32,000 nucleotides of DNA from Acaryochloris marina MBIC11017. Its GTDB lineage: Bacteria; Cyanobacteriota; Cyanobacteriia; Thermosynechococcales; Thermosynechococcaceae. The position numbers and the translations under genes are program-made. The stretch covers positions 600,001 through 632,000 of the forward strand of contig NC_009925.1 in the NCBI RefSeq assembly GCF_000018105.1, in the 5' to 3' direction. The first letter of the stretch is position 1. Each line of letters starts with the position of its first letter. The notes beneath the pieces are model-generated. The model searched no databases. It saw nothing but the letters and a program-made list of their open reading frames with translations, and was not told where the DNA came from. Shown here in pieces: positions 1 through 8,821 of this stretch.

Positions 1-130
1 GTGGGGATTCAAAGTGACGGTACCGTAACGTTTTTTAACATCTTCCCCTTAATTCTAAGGGGTGGGGACGCCAGTTCGCACAGAATCCTTTGATTATCCA
101 AAACCAGTCGAAATGGGTATTTGGTACTAC

Positions 131-209
131 AATGCAGCTCATGTGAGCTAATGCAGTCGTTGCTATTCAATGCAGTGATCGATATCAATAAAAGTGGTGA
201 TCGATATCA
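131..209. repeat. Periodic repeat array upstream of argC. AATGCAG occurs three times (131-137, 150-156, 169-175) at exactly 19-bp spacing, followed by GTGATCGATATCA twice (175-187, 197-209) at 22-bp spacing. Candidate operator or promoter architecture.
   Basis: Read directly from the sequence. The 13-mers are perfect copies and contain the palindromes ATCGAT and GATATC. The array ends 66 bp before the argC ATG at 275. Confidence 0.7.
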
Positions 210-274
210 TCATCGTTATTTTTGGGAAGCCTGAACTACATTAACTGTTTGTATGACTGACCTCTGAGGAAAAA

Positions 275-1339
275 ATGAATATGGGTTCTCAGGAAGATAT
301 TCCTGTTGGCATTATTGGAGCGTCTGGATATGGCGGGGTCCAACTGACTCGCCTACTGTTGGAACATCCCCATGTCCATCTGGCCTATTTAGGGGGCGAT
401 AGCAGTGCGGGGCGTCCATTTGCAGACTTGTATCCCCACTTGGGGTTTAAACAAGACTTAAAAGTAGAAGCCATCGATTTAGACAAAGTTGTTGAGCGGA
501 CCCAGGTGGTCTTTTTGGCTCTTCCCAATGGTTTGGCCGCAGAGATGGCACCGACTTTGGTGGAATGCGGTTGCAAAGTCTTGGATCTCTCTGCCGATTA
601 TCGATTTACAAACCTGGACACCTATGAAGATTGGTACGGGACGAAACGACAAGATCGTGATTTGGCCTCTACAGCAGTCTATGGTTTGCCCGAACTCTAT
701 CGACAGGGAATTTCAACGGCTAGCTTAGTGGGCTGTCCAGGGTGCTTCCCCACCGCTAGTTTGTTGGCTTTAGCCCCCTTGCTCAAACAAGGTTTAATTG
801 ACCCGAACAGTGCCATTATTGATGCCAAAACCGGCACCTCTGGCGGAGGACGCCAAGCTAAAACCCATCTGCTCCTTGCTGAGGCTAATGGCAGTATTGG
901 TCCTTATGGCGTCGCCCACCATCGTCATACCCCTGAAATTGAACAGGTAAGTAGTGATTTGGCAGGGCGAGAGGTGGTTGTCCAGTTTACGCCTCATTTA
1001 GCACCCATGACCCGTGGGATTTTGGCCACGGTTTATGCCACGATGCGAGACCCTGGGCTAGTGAGAGAAGATTTGATTACGATCTTTAGCGCCTTTTATC
1101 GGAACTCACCTTGGGTCAAGGTCTTACCGGGCAGTACCTATCCCTTTACGAAATGGGCCTATGGCACAAACCTTTGCTACCTCGGCATAGAAGTGGATCA
1201 GCGGACCGGTCGCGTTATCGTGATTTCTGCCATTGATAATTTGATGAAGGGTCAGGCGGGGCAAGCAGTCCAATGCTTGAACTTGATGATGGGTTGGCCA
1301 GAAACCATGGGATTGCCGGAACTAACCTTTTACCCCTAA
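275..1339 (+). CDS. argC: N-acetyl-gamma-glutamyl-phosphate reductase
   Basis: 354-aa ORF. N-terminal Rossmann motif [10 protein letters not shown], active-site Cys context [17 protein letters not shown], and C-terminal [17 protein letters not shown] typical of ArgC. Confidence 0.95.
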   Translation: MNMGSQEDIPVGIIGASGYGGVQLTRLLLEHPHVHLAYLGGDSSAGRPFADLYPHLGFKQDLKVEAIDLDKVVERTQVVFLALPNGLAAEMAPTLVECGCKVLDLSADYRFTNLDTYEDWYGTKRQDRDLASTAVYGLPELYRQGISTASLVGCPGCFPTASLLALAPLLKQGLIDPNSAIIDAKTGTSGGGRQAKTHLLLAEANGSIGPYGVAHHRHTPEIEQVSSDLAGREVVVQFTPHLAPMTRGILATVYATMRDPGLVREDLITIFSAFYRNSPWVKVLPGSTYPFTKWAYGTNLCYLGIEVDQRTGRVIVISAIDNLMKGQAGQAVQCLNLMMGWPETMGLPELTFYP

Positions 1340-1387
1340 GGGAACCGTATTGGGGGAAAATAAAAGAGTTACAAATTCTCTAAGTAG

Positions 1388-1822
1388 ATGGCTACAAATC
1401 ATAAAAATAGGCTGGTGTGGGCGGTGTGGACCATCGTCACCATTGGCATGGGTTCTGCGGTTGGGGCTTTGGTGGGTTCAACCAAGGCGTCTGCAGGAAC
1501 GACGATGGCAGTGGTCACAGGAATGGGATGTGTGATTGGAATTGGTGCTTTGGTGAAAGCAATCGCTAGCCGTGCCAATCAAGATGCGACTGCTGGATGG
1601 GAAGCCCTCTCCGTCAAAGCCAGTTTTTTGCTCGGTGCCATTAACTTATCAGTAGGCTTGGTCCTGGCTCCCATTGCTATCTGTAGTATTGTCTGGCCGT
1701 TTGCTGTAATCAATTGGACTCAAGTGGGAATGATCATTGGCATCATTGCCTCTGGTATGGGGGGACTGCTGGCAGCTATGGTCGAAATTCGCGCTTTGGA
1801 AAATCCGGTGGTGGTGGATTGA
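1388..1822 (+). CDS. Hypothetical Gly/Ala-rich integral membrane protein (about 4 TM)
   Basis: 144-aa ORF with several hydrophobic Gly-rich helices. No family recognised. Its stop lies 3 nt from the stop of the convergent permease gene. Confidence 0.55.
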   Translation: MATNHKNRLVWAVWTIVTIGMGSAVGALVGSTKASAGTTMAVVTGMGCVIGIGALVKAIASRANQDATAGWEALSVKASFLLGAINLSVGLVLAPIAICSIVWPFAVINWTQVGMIIGIIASGMGGLLAAMVEIRALENPVVVD

Positions 1823-1825
1823 TGA

Positions 1826-2608
1826 CTAGCTGGATGCACTGGTGTAGAAACGAAGTGCGAATTGCCAAAACCGATTGGACAGTATAAATAGGGCGATTGC
1901 GAGTATACCTGCCCCTAGGCTCCAATTCCAGGTGGCTCGATTAAGCATGGCTTGAGCGGGCACTGTAGTTAGGAATGTTACGGGTATCACAAAGGTAAAA
2001 AAGAAGCGATAGGCGGTTGGATAGGCTACGACCGGATAGCGGCCAGCTTCGACCAGCCCCCGCAGGACTTCTGTGACGTTATAGATTTTGACAAACCAAA
2101 TACTGGTGGCTCCCAAAACAAACCAGAGACTATAGAGGCTGAGAAATCCGCACAGCAGTGGCCATAGACCAAGGGCATAATTTTGCCAGCCTAGTCCCAG
2201 TTGAAATCCGGCATAGCCGATCAGCCCTAGGCCAAAAAGGACATCGGGCAGACCCCAAGGAGAGACAGAATAAGTGGATAACCAAAATTGACTGCTGATA
2301 GGTTTGAGCAGAATAAAATCAAGGGTGCCTTCTTGAACGTGGCGAACAATTCGGTTTAGATTTGGGACAAGGCAGGTGGCTGAAAAGCCTTGGAGGAGGG
2401 TGAAGACACCCAAAACAACGAGGGCTTCATGCCAACTCCAGTCTTGGAAGGTATAGCCTGTACGATAAAACAAAGATAGGCCAAATAAGCTACCCGCGAG
2501 ATTACCAAGGCTGCTAAGGGCCGAGATTGCAAAGTTGGAGCGATATTCCATCTCTGCTGCAATGGTCGTTGCCCAAAACAGCTTCAGCACCCGAAAATAC
2601 CGCTTCAT
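1826..2608 (-). CDS. ABC-2 family transporter permease (DUF990-like); orphan, with no adjacent ATPase
   Basis: Multi-TM ORF. The N-terminus MKRYFRVLKLFWATTIAAEMEYRSNF is typical of ABC-2 permeases. I prefer the internal ATG at 2608 over the ORF-track start at 2713, which would overlap the divergent gene. Confidence 0.7.
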   Translation of the reverse strand: MKRYFRVLKLFWATTIAAEMEYRSNFAISALSSLGNLAGSLFGLSLFYRTGYTFQDWSWHEALVVLGVFTLLQGFSATCLVPNLNRIVRHVQEGTLDFILLKPISSQFWLSTYSVSPWGLPDVLFGLGLIGYAGFQLGLGWQNYALGLWPLLCGFLSLYSLWFVLGATSIWFVKIYNVTEVLRGLVEAGRYPVVAYPTAYRFFFTFVIPVTFLTTVPAQAMLNRATWNWSLGAGILAIALFILSNRFWQFALRFYTSASS

Positions 2609-2683
2609 CCTCTTATCCTTTTTACCTGGATTTTCCTGTAAGACACCCTTAAGATAAACGATACTGAACTTGGCGAGGTCATC

Positions 2684-2992
2684 ATGTTGCAGAAGCGAGA
2701 TCCATTTCGTCAAGCTAATCAGGCTCGTTTAAAAGTACTGAATTTACGATGGCGACGCCTAGAGTGCGATCGACAAATTCTTAAAACTCAGGTCGGATTC
2801 GCTCCTAAGACGGAATCAGCAGTGTCTCCTTGTCAGGGTTGTGCCAATTATCACGGAAAAGCCTATGGTATGAGTGAAGCACGGCAAGCGTTAGTCTGTG
2901 CTATTCACCCTTTTGGCTGGCAGCAGTCTTCAACTTGTCCGGATTGGTATCCACAACTGTTTGAAGTAAAGGATGTTGAGCCAGAGGGTTAA
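2684..2992 (+). CDS. Small Cys-rich hypothetical protein (CxxC...C...C), probably a conserved cyanobacterial family
   Basis: 102-aa ORF with an ATG start. Motif CQGCANYHGKAYG...LVCAIHPFGW...CPDW has four Cys spaced as in a metal-binding knuckle. Family name not recalled with certainty. Confidence 0.5.
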   Translation: MLQKRDPFRQANQARLKVLNLRWRRLECDRQILKTQVGFAPKTESAVSPCQGCANYHGKAYGMSEARQALVCAIHPFGWQQSSTCPDWYPQLFEVKDVEPEG

Positions 2993-3102
2993 ACATCTTG
3001 TTGCAATTGATGGAGGTAACGCTCCTCCCAATGCGACAATAAACTCACTCAATGAAGCAAATTTGTCTACAAGCAAAGGAAAACTGGTTAAGGACACAAA
3101 AC

Positions 3103-3642
3103 ATGTTCAAAAGAATCGCAGCACTTGCACTCATTATATTAAGTCTGACCTTACAAGCCTGCGCGTCTGATACAGCCGGATTGCAAGCTTATGCAGACAA
3201 TATTGATGGGTATACCTTTATGTATCCCAATGGTTGGGCACCCATCAAAGTACCCGGTAGCTCTGACGTTGTGTTTCATGACCTGATCGAAGAGACCGAA
3301 AATGTGAGCGTAGTCGTGAGTGACATCACTAGCGACACTCAGTTGACGGATTTAGGAGATCCCACTGAAGTGGCCCGCACCCTTTTGAATGCAGTGATTG
3401 CACCTTCCCAATCTGGCCAGGAAGCGGATTTATTGGCTGCAGCTTCGCGAACAGAAGATGATAAGGTCTACTACGCCCTTGAATATTCGGTTGATTTACC
3501 CATTGGTAAGCGCCATAACCTTTCGACCGTAGTTGTTCGTCGGGGTAAGTTGTTTACCCTTAGCCTCTCCACACCAGAGTCTCGTTGGACCAAGGTTGAG
3601 CCTGTGTTCCAGCGCGTTGTGGATTCTTTCTCTGTTTACTAA
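3103..3642 (+). CDS. cyanoP: CyanoP (PsbP-like) thylakoid-lumen lipoprotein
   Basis: Lipoprotein signal MFKRIAALALIILSLTLQAC followed by the PsbP-family motif YADNIDGYTFMYPNGW. Start chosen at ATG 3103, preceded by AAGGA. The ORF-track start at 3052 adds a non-signal extension. Confidence 0.85.
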   Translation: MFKRIAALALIILSLTLQACASDTAGLQAYADNIDGYTFMYPNGWAPIKVPGSSDVVFHDLIEETENVSVVVSDITSDTQLTDLGDPTEVARTLLNAVIAPSQSGQEADLLAAASRTEDDKVYYALEYSVDLPIGKRHNLSTVVVRRGKLFTLSLSTPESRWTKVEPVFQRVVDSFSVY

Positions 3643-3713
3643 ACTGGTTGGTTAATCAGTACGCGGCTGTTCTGCAATTGACAGAGCCAAGACGGACTCA
3701 TTAGACTACATGG

Positions 3714-3737
3714 ACGCGGTTATAGCCCGCGTTTCTT
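3714..3737 (+). terminator. Candidate terminator or processing hairpin between cyanoP and the tRNA
   Basis: Stem ACGCGG (3714-3719) pairs with CCGCGT (3727-3732) around a 7-nt loop, followed by TTCTT. It directly abuts the tRNA 5' end. Confidence 0.35.
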
Positions 3738-3810
3738 GGGGAATTAGCTCAGCTGGTAGAGTGCTGCGATCGCACCGCAGAGGTCAGGGGTTCGAATCCC
3801 CTATTCTCCA
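3738..3810 (+). tRNA. tRNA-Ala (anticodon CGC)
   Basis: Hand-folded 73-nt cloverleaf. Acceptor GGGGAAT/ATTCTCC carries the G3:U70 alanine identity pair. D-arm GCTC-AGCTGGTA-GAGT; anticodon stem CTGCG/CGCAG with loop AT-CGC-AC; T-arm AGGGG-TTCGAAT-CCCCT; discriminator A. CCA is not encoded. Confidence 0.93.
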
Positions 3811-3923
3811 TTGGTCCAAATCGTTCTAGAGTAGATAAAGCAACCTGGCTGGCTCTCTGCTTCCTACAAAATTAGCGAAGCATATTTATAATGGCCCAGC
3901 CCCTATTTCTCTAGAGGCCCCTC

Positions 3924-4949
3924 ATGACCGCATCTCCTTCTACTCCTGCAGCGGTAACAAATGCTCCTCCACCTCCTTCAGACTCTAAAGAGCAGGTGGG
4001 AAAATTTCTGCGAGGTTTGCAGGACAGTATTTGCGACAAGCTGCAAACGTTAGATGGTAAAAGCACTTTTCAGGAAGACTCCTGGGATCGACCGGAAGGG
4101 GGCGGTGGTCGCTCGCGGGTCCTTCGAGAAGGTGGACTCTTAGAACAGGGTGGTGTCAATTACTCCGAGGTCTGGGGGGATCATTTGCCTCCCTCTATTC
4201 TTAAACAACGGCCAGAAGCTGCAGGGCACCGATTTTATGCGACGGGGACTTCGATGGTACTGCATCCCCGCAGTCCCTACGTGCCAACGGTACATCTGAA
4301 TTATCGATATTTTGAAGCCGGACCAGTTTGGTGGTTTGGGGGTGGGATTGATCTGACGCCGTATTATCCCTTCAAAGAAGATGTGGTCCATTTTCATCAA
4401 ACGATGAAAGCGGCCTGCGATCGTCATCACCCTGAATATTACTCCACCTTTAAGCCTTGGTGTGATGAGTATTTTTATCTGAAGCACCGACAAGAAATGC
4501 GGGGAGTTGGCGGTATTTTCTTTGATTATCAGGATGGCATTGGTGCTTTGTATCGTGGCCCCCATGCTGAGGGGATTGCTGCTCACCATAGTGATCAGTT
4601 GGGTTCTTTACCCCAACGGTCATGGGATGAGATATTTGCCTTTGCTCAAGACTGCGGTAACGCCTTTTTGCCTGCCTATGTCCCGATTGTCGAGCGACGT
4701 CGGGATACTGAGTATGGTGACCGTGAACGGAACTTCCAACTGTATCGTCGAGGCCGATATGTGGAATTCAACTTGGTCTATGACCGAGGGACTATTTTTG
4801 GCTTGCAGACCAATGGTCGTACTGAATCTATCCTGATGTCGCTGCCACCGCTAGTGCGTTGGGAGTATGCTTATTCTCCTGAGCCTGATACTCCTGAAGC
4901 AGAGTTATATGAGACATTCTTAAAGCCTCAAGATTGGGCTTCAGCTTAG
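3924..4949 (+). CDS. hemF: Oxygen-dependent coproporphyrinogen III oxidase
   Basis: 341-aa ORF with motifs [18 protein letters not shown] and [35 protein letters not shown] characteristic of HemF. Confidence 0.95.
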   Translation: MTASPSTPAAVTNAPPPPSDSKEQVGKFLRGLQDSICDKLQTLDGKSTFQEDSWDRPEGGGGRSRVLREGGLLEQGGVNYSEVWGDHLPPSILKQRPEAAGHRFYATGTSMVLHPRSPYVPTVHLNYRYFEAGPVWWFGGGIDLTPYYPFKEDVVHFHQTMKAACDRHHPEYYSTFKPWCDEYFYLKHRQEMRGVGGIFFDYQDGIGALYRGPHAEGIAAHHSDQLGSLPQRSWDEIFAFAQDCGNAFLPAYVPIVERRRDTEYGDRERNFQLYRRGRYVEFNLVYDRGTIFGLQTNGRTESILMSLPPLVRWEYAYSPEPDTPEAELYETFLKPQDWASA

Positions 4950-4975
4950 ACTCAAACCAATATCTAAAGCAAACA

Positions 4976-5013
4976 CCAGGGGATGAAAGCGCGGCCAACC
5001 CCCTGGATTTTTG
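4976..5013 (+). terminator. Rho-independent terminator after hemF
   Basis: Stem CCAGGGG (4976-4982) pairs with CCCCTGG (5000-5006), followed by ATTTTTG. It lies between convergent genes. Confidence 0.6.
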
Positions 5014-5017
5014 CATG

Positions 5018-5548
5018 TTAACCCTCTACTCTTTGGGACTCTGGACCACAACTCCAAGAGCCTTCTTCAAATTGGGGAGGGGCAATATCTTGGCTGGGCG
5101 AACTACTCTCACATAGAATCACTTCAAAAATGGAGTCGACATTGGCAACCCCACCTGCATAGCTATTGAGACCTGCTTCTTTGGCAACCACTTTGAAGGT
5201 CGTTTGGGCTGCGTCTGCATCTAATCCTGCAAACGTGAAGTAGTTCATTGTAATTCCGAGTTGGAGATCTTCTAGGCTGGTGGTGAATTTACCATACTCT
5301 AGATGATAGGCCTGCTGTGCTCTAAGCACTGATCCTAGCGTTGTTTCCCCTTCGGCATTGCGCGCGGTATTCACAGGTGACGAGGCGGGGTCTGGTGTAG
5401 CAGAGCTAGTAGCTTCTGGAGTACTGGCTGGACTATTGATCTCGGGGCTGTTTTCCGTTGACCCCGAACAGGCACCCATTAAACCGACAAGACTGAGGAC
5501 CATCACAGATTTGAGTGGTGAACGAAAATTATTGAGCTTTATTGTCAT
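5018..5548 (-). CDS. Lipoprotein with a type IV pilin-like (G/H family) globular domain
   Basis: Lipobox LVGLMGAC, a Ser/Pro/Thr-rich linker, then LGSVLRAQQAYHLEYGKFTTSLEDLQLGI..NYFTF, which resembles cyanobacterial pilin-like G/H proteins. Has a C-terminal Cys pair. No prepilin N-terminal helix. Confidence 0.6.
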   Translation of the reverse strand: MTIKLNNFRSPLKSVMVLSLVGLMGACSGSTENSPEINSPASTPEATSSATPDPASSPVNTARNAEGETTLGSVLRAQQAYHLEYGKFTTSLEDLQLGITMNYFTFAGLDADAAQTTFKVVAKEAGLNSYAGGVANVDSIFEVILCESSSPSQDIAPPQFEEGSWSCGPESQRVEG

Positions 5549-5732
5549 TTTTAACTCAGTACCTTGATAAACACTTGCTTCTGCGCTAGGTTACCCAGGT
5601 TCTTTGGAATGTTATCTGAGGGGAAATCATTTTCATTGACCGATGATGAAATGGTAGTAGGCAAAAAACTAGTTGCTACACCTAACTTTCCCAGTACACT
5701 ACGAAAGGATTAAACACTCACGAACCTTAGAT

Positions 5733-6605
5733 ATGGCTCAGGTAAAAATTGGCATTATTGGCGGTAGTGGCCTTTATAAAATGGAGGCTCTGACGGATGT
5801 AGAAGAAGTTCAAATCAAGACCCCCTTCGGAGACCCTTCAGACGCACTGATTGTCGGCACCTTGGAAGGGGCACGGGTGGCTTTCCTCGCTCGCCATGGT
5901 CGGAATCATCATCTTATTCCGAGTGAATTGCCCTTTCGCGCTAACATCTATGCCATGAAGTCCTTGGGTGTGGAGTATTTGATCTCAGCTTCAGCCGTCG
6001 GCTCCCTTAAGGAAGAAGCAAAACCTTTGGATATGGTGGTGCCGGACCAGTTTATCGATCGCACCAAGAATCGGGTGTCTACTTTTTTTGGCAATGGCAT
6101 TGTGGCCCATATTGGCTTTGGTGATCCAGTCTGTGGCGCATTGGCTGGGGTATTGGGGGATGCGATCGCATCCCTGAATCTCCCCGATGTCACCCTCCAT
6201 CGCCAAGGCACCTACGTGTGTATGGAAGGCCCTGCCTTTTCTACCAAAGCTGAATCTAATTTGTATCGAAGTTGGGGGGGCACTGTAATTGGCATGACCA
6301 ATTTGCCGGAAGCTAAACTGGCGCGGGAAGCTGAAATTGCCTATGCCACCCTAGCCCTAGTCACGGACTACGATTGCTGGCATCCTGAACATGACAGCGT
6401 CACGGTGGAAATGATTATTGGCAATCTTCACAAGAATGCGAGTAATGCCCAAAGCGTGATTAAAGAAACCGTTAAACGTCTCAGTCAATCCCCCCCTGCT
6501 TCTAAGGCTCACAAGGCTCTGAAACACGCAATCTTTACCCCCTTGGATCAGGCTCCAGCGGCTACCAAGGAACAGCTTTCCTTGATTTTGCAAAAGTATC
6601 TCTAA
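5733..6605 (+). CDS. mtnP: S-methyl-5'-thioadenosine phosphorylase
   Basis: [15 protein letters not shown]..., [28 protein letters not shown] and [16 protein letters not shown] are typical of MTAP. ATG 5733 is preferred over the TTG at 5673 in the ORF track. Confidence 0.92.
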   Translation: MAQVKIGIIGGSGLYKMEALTDVEEVQIKTPFGDPSDALIVGTLEGARVAFLARHGRNHHLIPSELPFRANIYAMKSLGVEYLISASAVGSLKEEAKPLDMVVPDQFIDRTKNRVSTFFGNGIVAHIGFGDPVCGALAGVLGDAIASLNLPDVTLHRQGTYVCMEGPAFSTKAESNLYRSWGGTVIGMTNLPEAKLAREAEIAYATLALVTDYDCWHPEHDSVTVEMIIGNLHKNASNAQSVIKETVKRLSQSPPASKAHKALKHAIFTPLDQAPAATKEQLSLILQKYL

Positions 6606-6608
6606 GCT

Positions 6609-6878
6609 ATGCCCTGGTATATCAAAATTGAACGCGGCATTGTGGATAAAACCACCTTTGATCGCCATGTGCCTGCCCACCTCGCCTATGTTAAAAACCT
6701 AGAGAGCCATCAGGCCAAAACGGGCTATTGGCGGGAGAGTGCCGGGGGCATGCTAATCTTTGAGGCTCAGTCCTATGAAGAAGCAAAAAAAATTGTAGAG
6801 CAAGACCCCCTGATCTTGAACCATTGTGTGGAATACGAATTACACGAATGGGTACAAGTCGGAGGGGCACCCTTATAG
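6609..6878 (+). CDS. YciI-like (YCII-related) small protein
   Basis: 89-aa ORF starting 3 nt after the mtnP stop. Size and pattern (H..HL.Y......G....G.........A.......DP) fit the YCII domain. Confidence 0.7.
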   Translation: MPWYIKIERGIVDKTTFDRHVPAHLAYVKNLESHQAKTGYWRESAGGMLIFEAQSYEEAKKIVEQDPLILNHCVEYELHEWVQVGGAPL

Positions 6879-6915
6879 CTTGAAAGTGGTTGCTAGGGAA
6901 GGAGCTAGGCCAGTC

Positions 6916-7449
6916 CTATTTCTTCGGAGATAGGTACATAATCATATTGCGTCCTTCGCGCTTGGGTGCTTGCTGGATCTCGGCAAAATCAAGCAAGTCG
7001 TTCGCCATTTTCTTTAGCAGCGCTTCGGCTAAATGGGAATGCTGAATCTCCCGGCCTCTGAAAGTGACGGTCGCCTTTACCTTATCGCCAGATTTTAGAA
7101 ACCGCTTGGCGTGGTTAACCCGCACTTCGTAGTCATGGGTTTGAATCTTGTAGCGCATTTTTACTTCTTTAACATCAGAAGTATGCTGCTTTTTCTTTGC
7201 TTCCCGGGCTTTCTTCTCTTGTTCAAACTTGAACTTACCGTAGTCCATGACCCGGCAAACCGGTGGATCGGCTTTATCACTCACTAACACCAAATCCAGG
7301 TTCCGCTCATCAGCGATTTCCATTGCTTCGCTAGGCGCCATAATGCCGAGCTGAGTTCCATCTGCATCGACTACGCGGATTTTTGGAAAACGAATGCGTT
7401 CGTTAATATTTGGCTGGTTTTGTTGATTTCTTTTTTTGATTGGAGCCAC
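6916..7449 (-). CDS. infC: Translation initiation factor IF-3
   Basis: [23 protein letters not shown]... and the C-terminal domain [28 protein letters not shown] start at 7447-7449; the in-frame stop two codons upstream excludes a longer ORF. Confidence 0.95.
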   Translation of the reverse strand: MAPIKKRNQQNQPNINERIRFPKIRVVDADGTQLGIMAPSEAMEIADERNLDLVLVSDKADPPVCRVMDYGKFKFEQEKKAREAKKKQHTSDVKEVKMRYKIQTHDYEVRVNHAKRFLKSGDKVKATVTFRGREIQHSHLAEALLKKMANDLLDFAEIQQAPKREGRNMIMYLSPKK

Positions 7450-7810
7450 AGGCGTTTAATTTACTGTTAATTAAGATAGCGAAAGAAATAAGGGAAAACG
7501 AATACCCCTTTCAAACTAACAGATCCAGATTAGAATCAGCATTCTCTTAACACATCCGTCACATCTACTTTGAAAAAGCGGTTGCTTGGGGTGCACTTTC
7601 AACTAGATGGAGACGCTTGCTAGAGAATGGCCGATAGATATAAGCCCTGGACGGTTAGTCATCTCAATATACCCTGATGTCCAAGTCGGTTTGCCACCCT
7701 TTGTTATCCCATCAAAAAATAGAGTAAATAGAAACTTATCCTTGCTTTTCTCCCAGTGTTAAGGCGATAAAAAATTAACCCTTTTCTCTACTCTAAAAAC
7801 AAATGTCACA

Positions 7811-8704
7811 ATGAAGTCAGGCCACACCGCAAACAGTAACAAAATGCCGATGTCAAAAATTCCCTTATTGGGGTTGCAGGCTGCCCAGTTCCGACATCCT
7901 ATTGATTTGGAAGCAACCCAAACACTCCAGCAGCTCCCTGGGTTAGATTGGCTTGTGAGAAGCCTTTTAGGCAGCGTCGCAGAACAAGTCTTCTATCTAG
8001 AAAATATTGGTTCCAGCGTTTTAGTCAGCGAACGACAACTCCCTGAACTGCACCAACTGCTGACTGAGGCTTGCCATATTCTCGACTTGGAACAGCCTCA
8101 GCTGTATGTTCGCCAAAATCCCACACCGAACGCCTACACCTTGGCCATGCGGGGACAGCAACCGTTTATTGTGGTGCATACGTCACTGCTGGAATTGCTC
8201 GATCCCCCTGAAATGCAGGCTGTTTTAGCCCATGAACTTGGACATCTCAAATGTGAGCATGGCGTTTATCTCACCATTGCTAACCTGCTAGTGCTGGCAG
8301 CTGGCCAATTGTCTCCCTTTGGCAGCTTAATTGCCCAAAACCTACAACGGCAGTTGATGGCTTGGGTCCGCTGTGCTGAATTCACTTGCGATCGCGCCGG
8401 GTTACTCGTCACCCAAAATGCCAAAGTTATGGCTTCCGTACTGATGAAATTAGCGGGGGGATCATCTTCTCTGGCATCTCAGCTTAATGTGGATGCCTTT
8501 ATTGACCAAGCCCGAGCCTATGATCGTATCGATCATGATTTAGCAAATCTCCTTAAGTCAGTGCGAACGGCTGAGCTGACTCATCCTCTACCGGTGCTGC
8601 GAGCCCGGGAAATTGATCGATGGTCAGATAGCCCGATGTATCAATCTCTTTTGCAAACCTATGCAGCTGATACAGACCACCCGCTAGCTTGGAAGGATTG
8701 GTGA
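7811..8704 (+). CDS. M48-family zinc metallopeptidase
   Basis: HExxH motif as AHELGHLKCEH and a downstream glutamate-containing segment CAEFTCDRAG. The start is uncertain (ATG at 7811, 7844 or 7850). Confidence 0.85.
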   Translation: MKSGHTANSNKMPMSKIPLLGLQAAQFRHPIDLEATQTLQQLPGLDWLVRSLLGSVAEQVFYLENIGSSVLVSERQLPELHQLLTEACHILDLEQPQLYVRQNPTPNAYTLAMRGQQPFIVVHTSLLELLDPPEMQAVLAHELGHLKCEHGVYLTIANLLVLAAGQLSPFGSLIAQNLQRQLMAWVRCAEFTCDRAGLLVTQNAKVMASVLMKLAGGSSSLASQLNVDAFIDQARAYDRIDHDLANLLKSVRTAELTHPLPVLRAREIDRWSDSPMYQSLLQTYAADTDHPLAWKDW

Positions 8705-8726
8705 TCCCTGCCCAAATGCTAAAAAA

Positions 8727-8766
8727 AGAGCAGGGTTGGCAATTTAGCACATCCTGCTCTTTAATA
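8727..8766. terminator. Bidirectional terminator hairpin between convergent genes
   Basis: Stem AGAGCAGG (8727-8734) pairs with CCTGCTCT (8753-8760). It is flanked by an A-run upstream (8721-8727) and TTTAAT downstream. Confidence 0.55.
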
Positions 8767-8821
8767 AATCCATCTAAAAATACGTGAATTAGAAAGCTAC
8801 TCTGAGGCGTCTATTTCAGTA

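Noticed and set aside
45-62. 7-bp hairpin CCCCTTA-ATTC-TAAGGGG near the window start as a terminator
   Set aside because: Neither strand has a U-run following the stem; the T-run precedes it on the plus strand. No upstream gene is visible in the window, so it cannot be supported as a terminator.
117-130. GTA-N8-TAC (GTATTTGGTACTAC), matching the NtcA consensus, upstream of argC
   Set aside because: This 6-specified-base palindrome is expected several times by chance in 32 kb. I found no properly spaced -10 box (TAN3T) about 22 nt downstream. Kept only as a note.
2609-2713. N-terminal extensions proposed by the ORF track (ABC-2 permease to 2713; likewise cyanoP from 3052, mtnP from 5673, pgeF from 14282, LysR to 19660, H-NOX from 20820, USP to 23786)
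   Set aside because: In each case an internal ATG gives the canonical family N-terminus (signal peptide, GxGxxG, w[12 protein letters not shown], and so on). The extension uses a rarer start codon or overlaps a neighbouring gene or promoter.
4140-4589. 149-aa ORF antisense to hemF
   Set aside because: It lies entirely within the strongly supported hemF CDS. Its composition is not protein-like (many R/I/K runs) and no motifs are recognisable.
7450-7810. 361-bp infC/M48 divergent spacer examined for an L20-type leader, a known ncRNA or a small ORF
   Set aside because: No rpmI-rplT genes follow infC here. I saw no convincing conserved structure or known ncRNA motif (ffs, tmRNA, 6S, Yfr1-like). 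The only ORF (about 53 codons, starting near 7608) has no SD or recognisable features.
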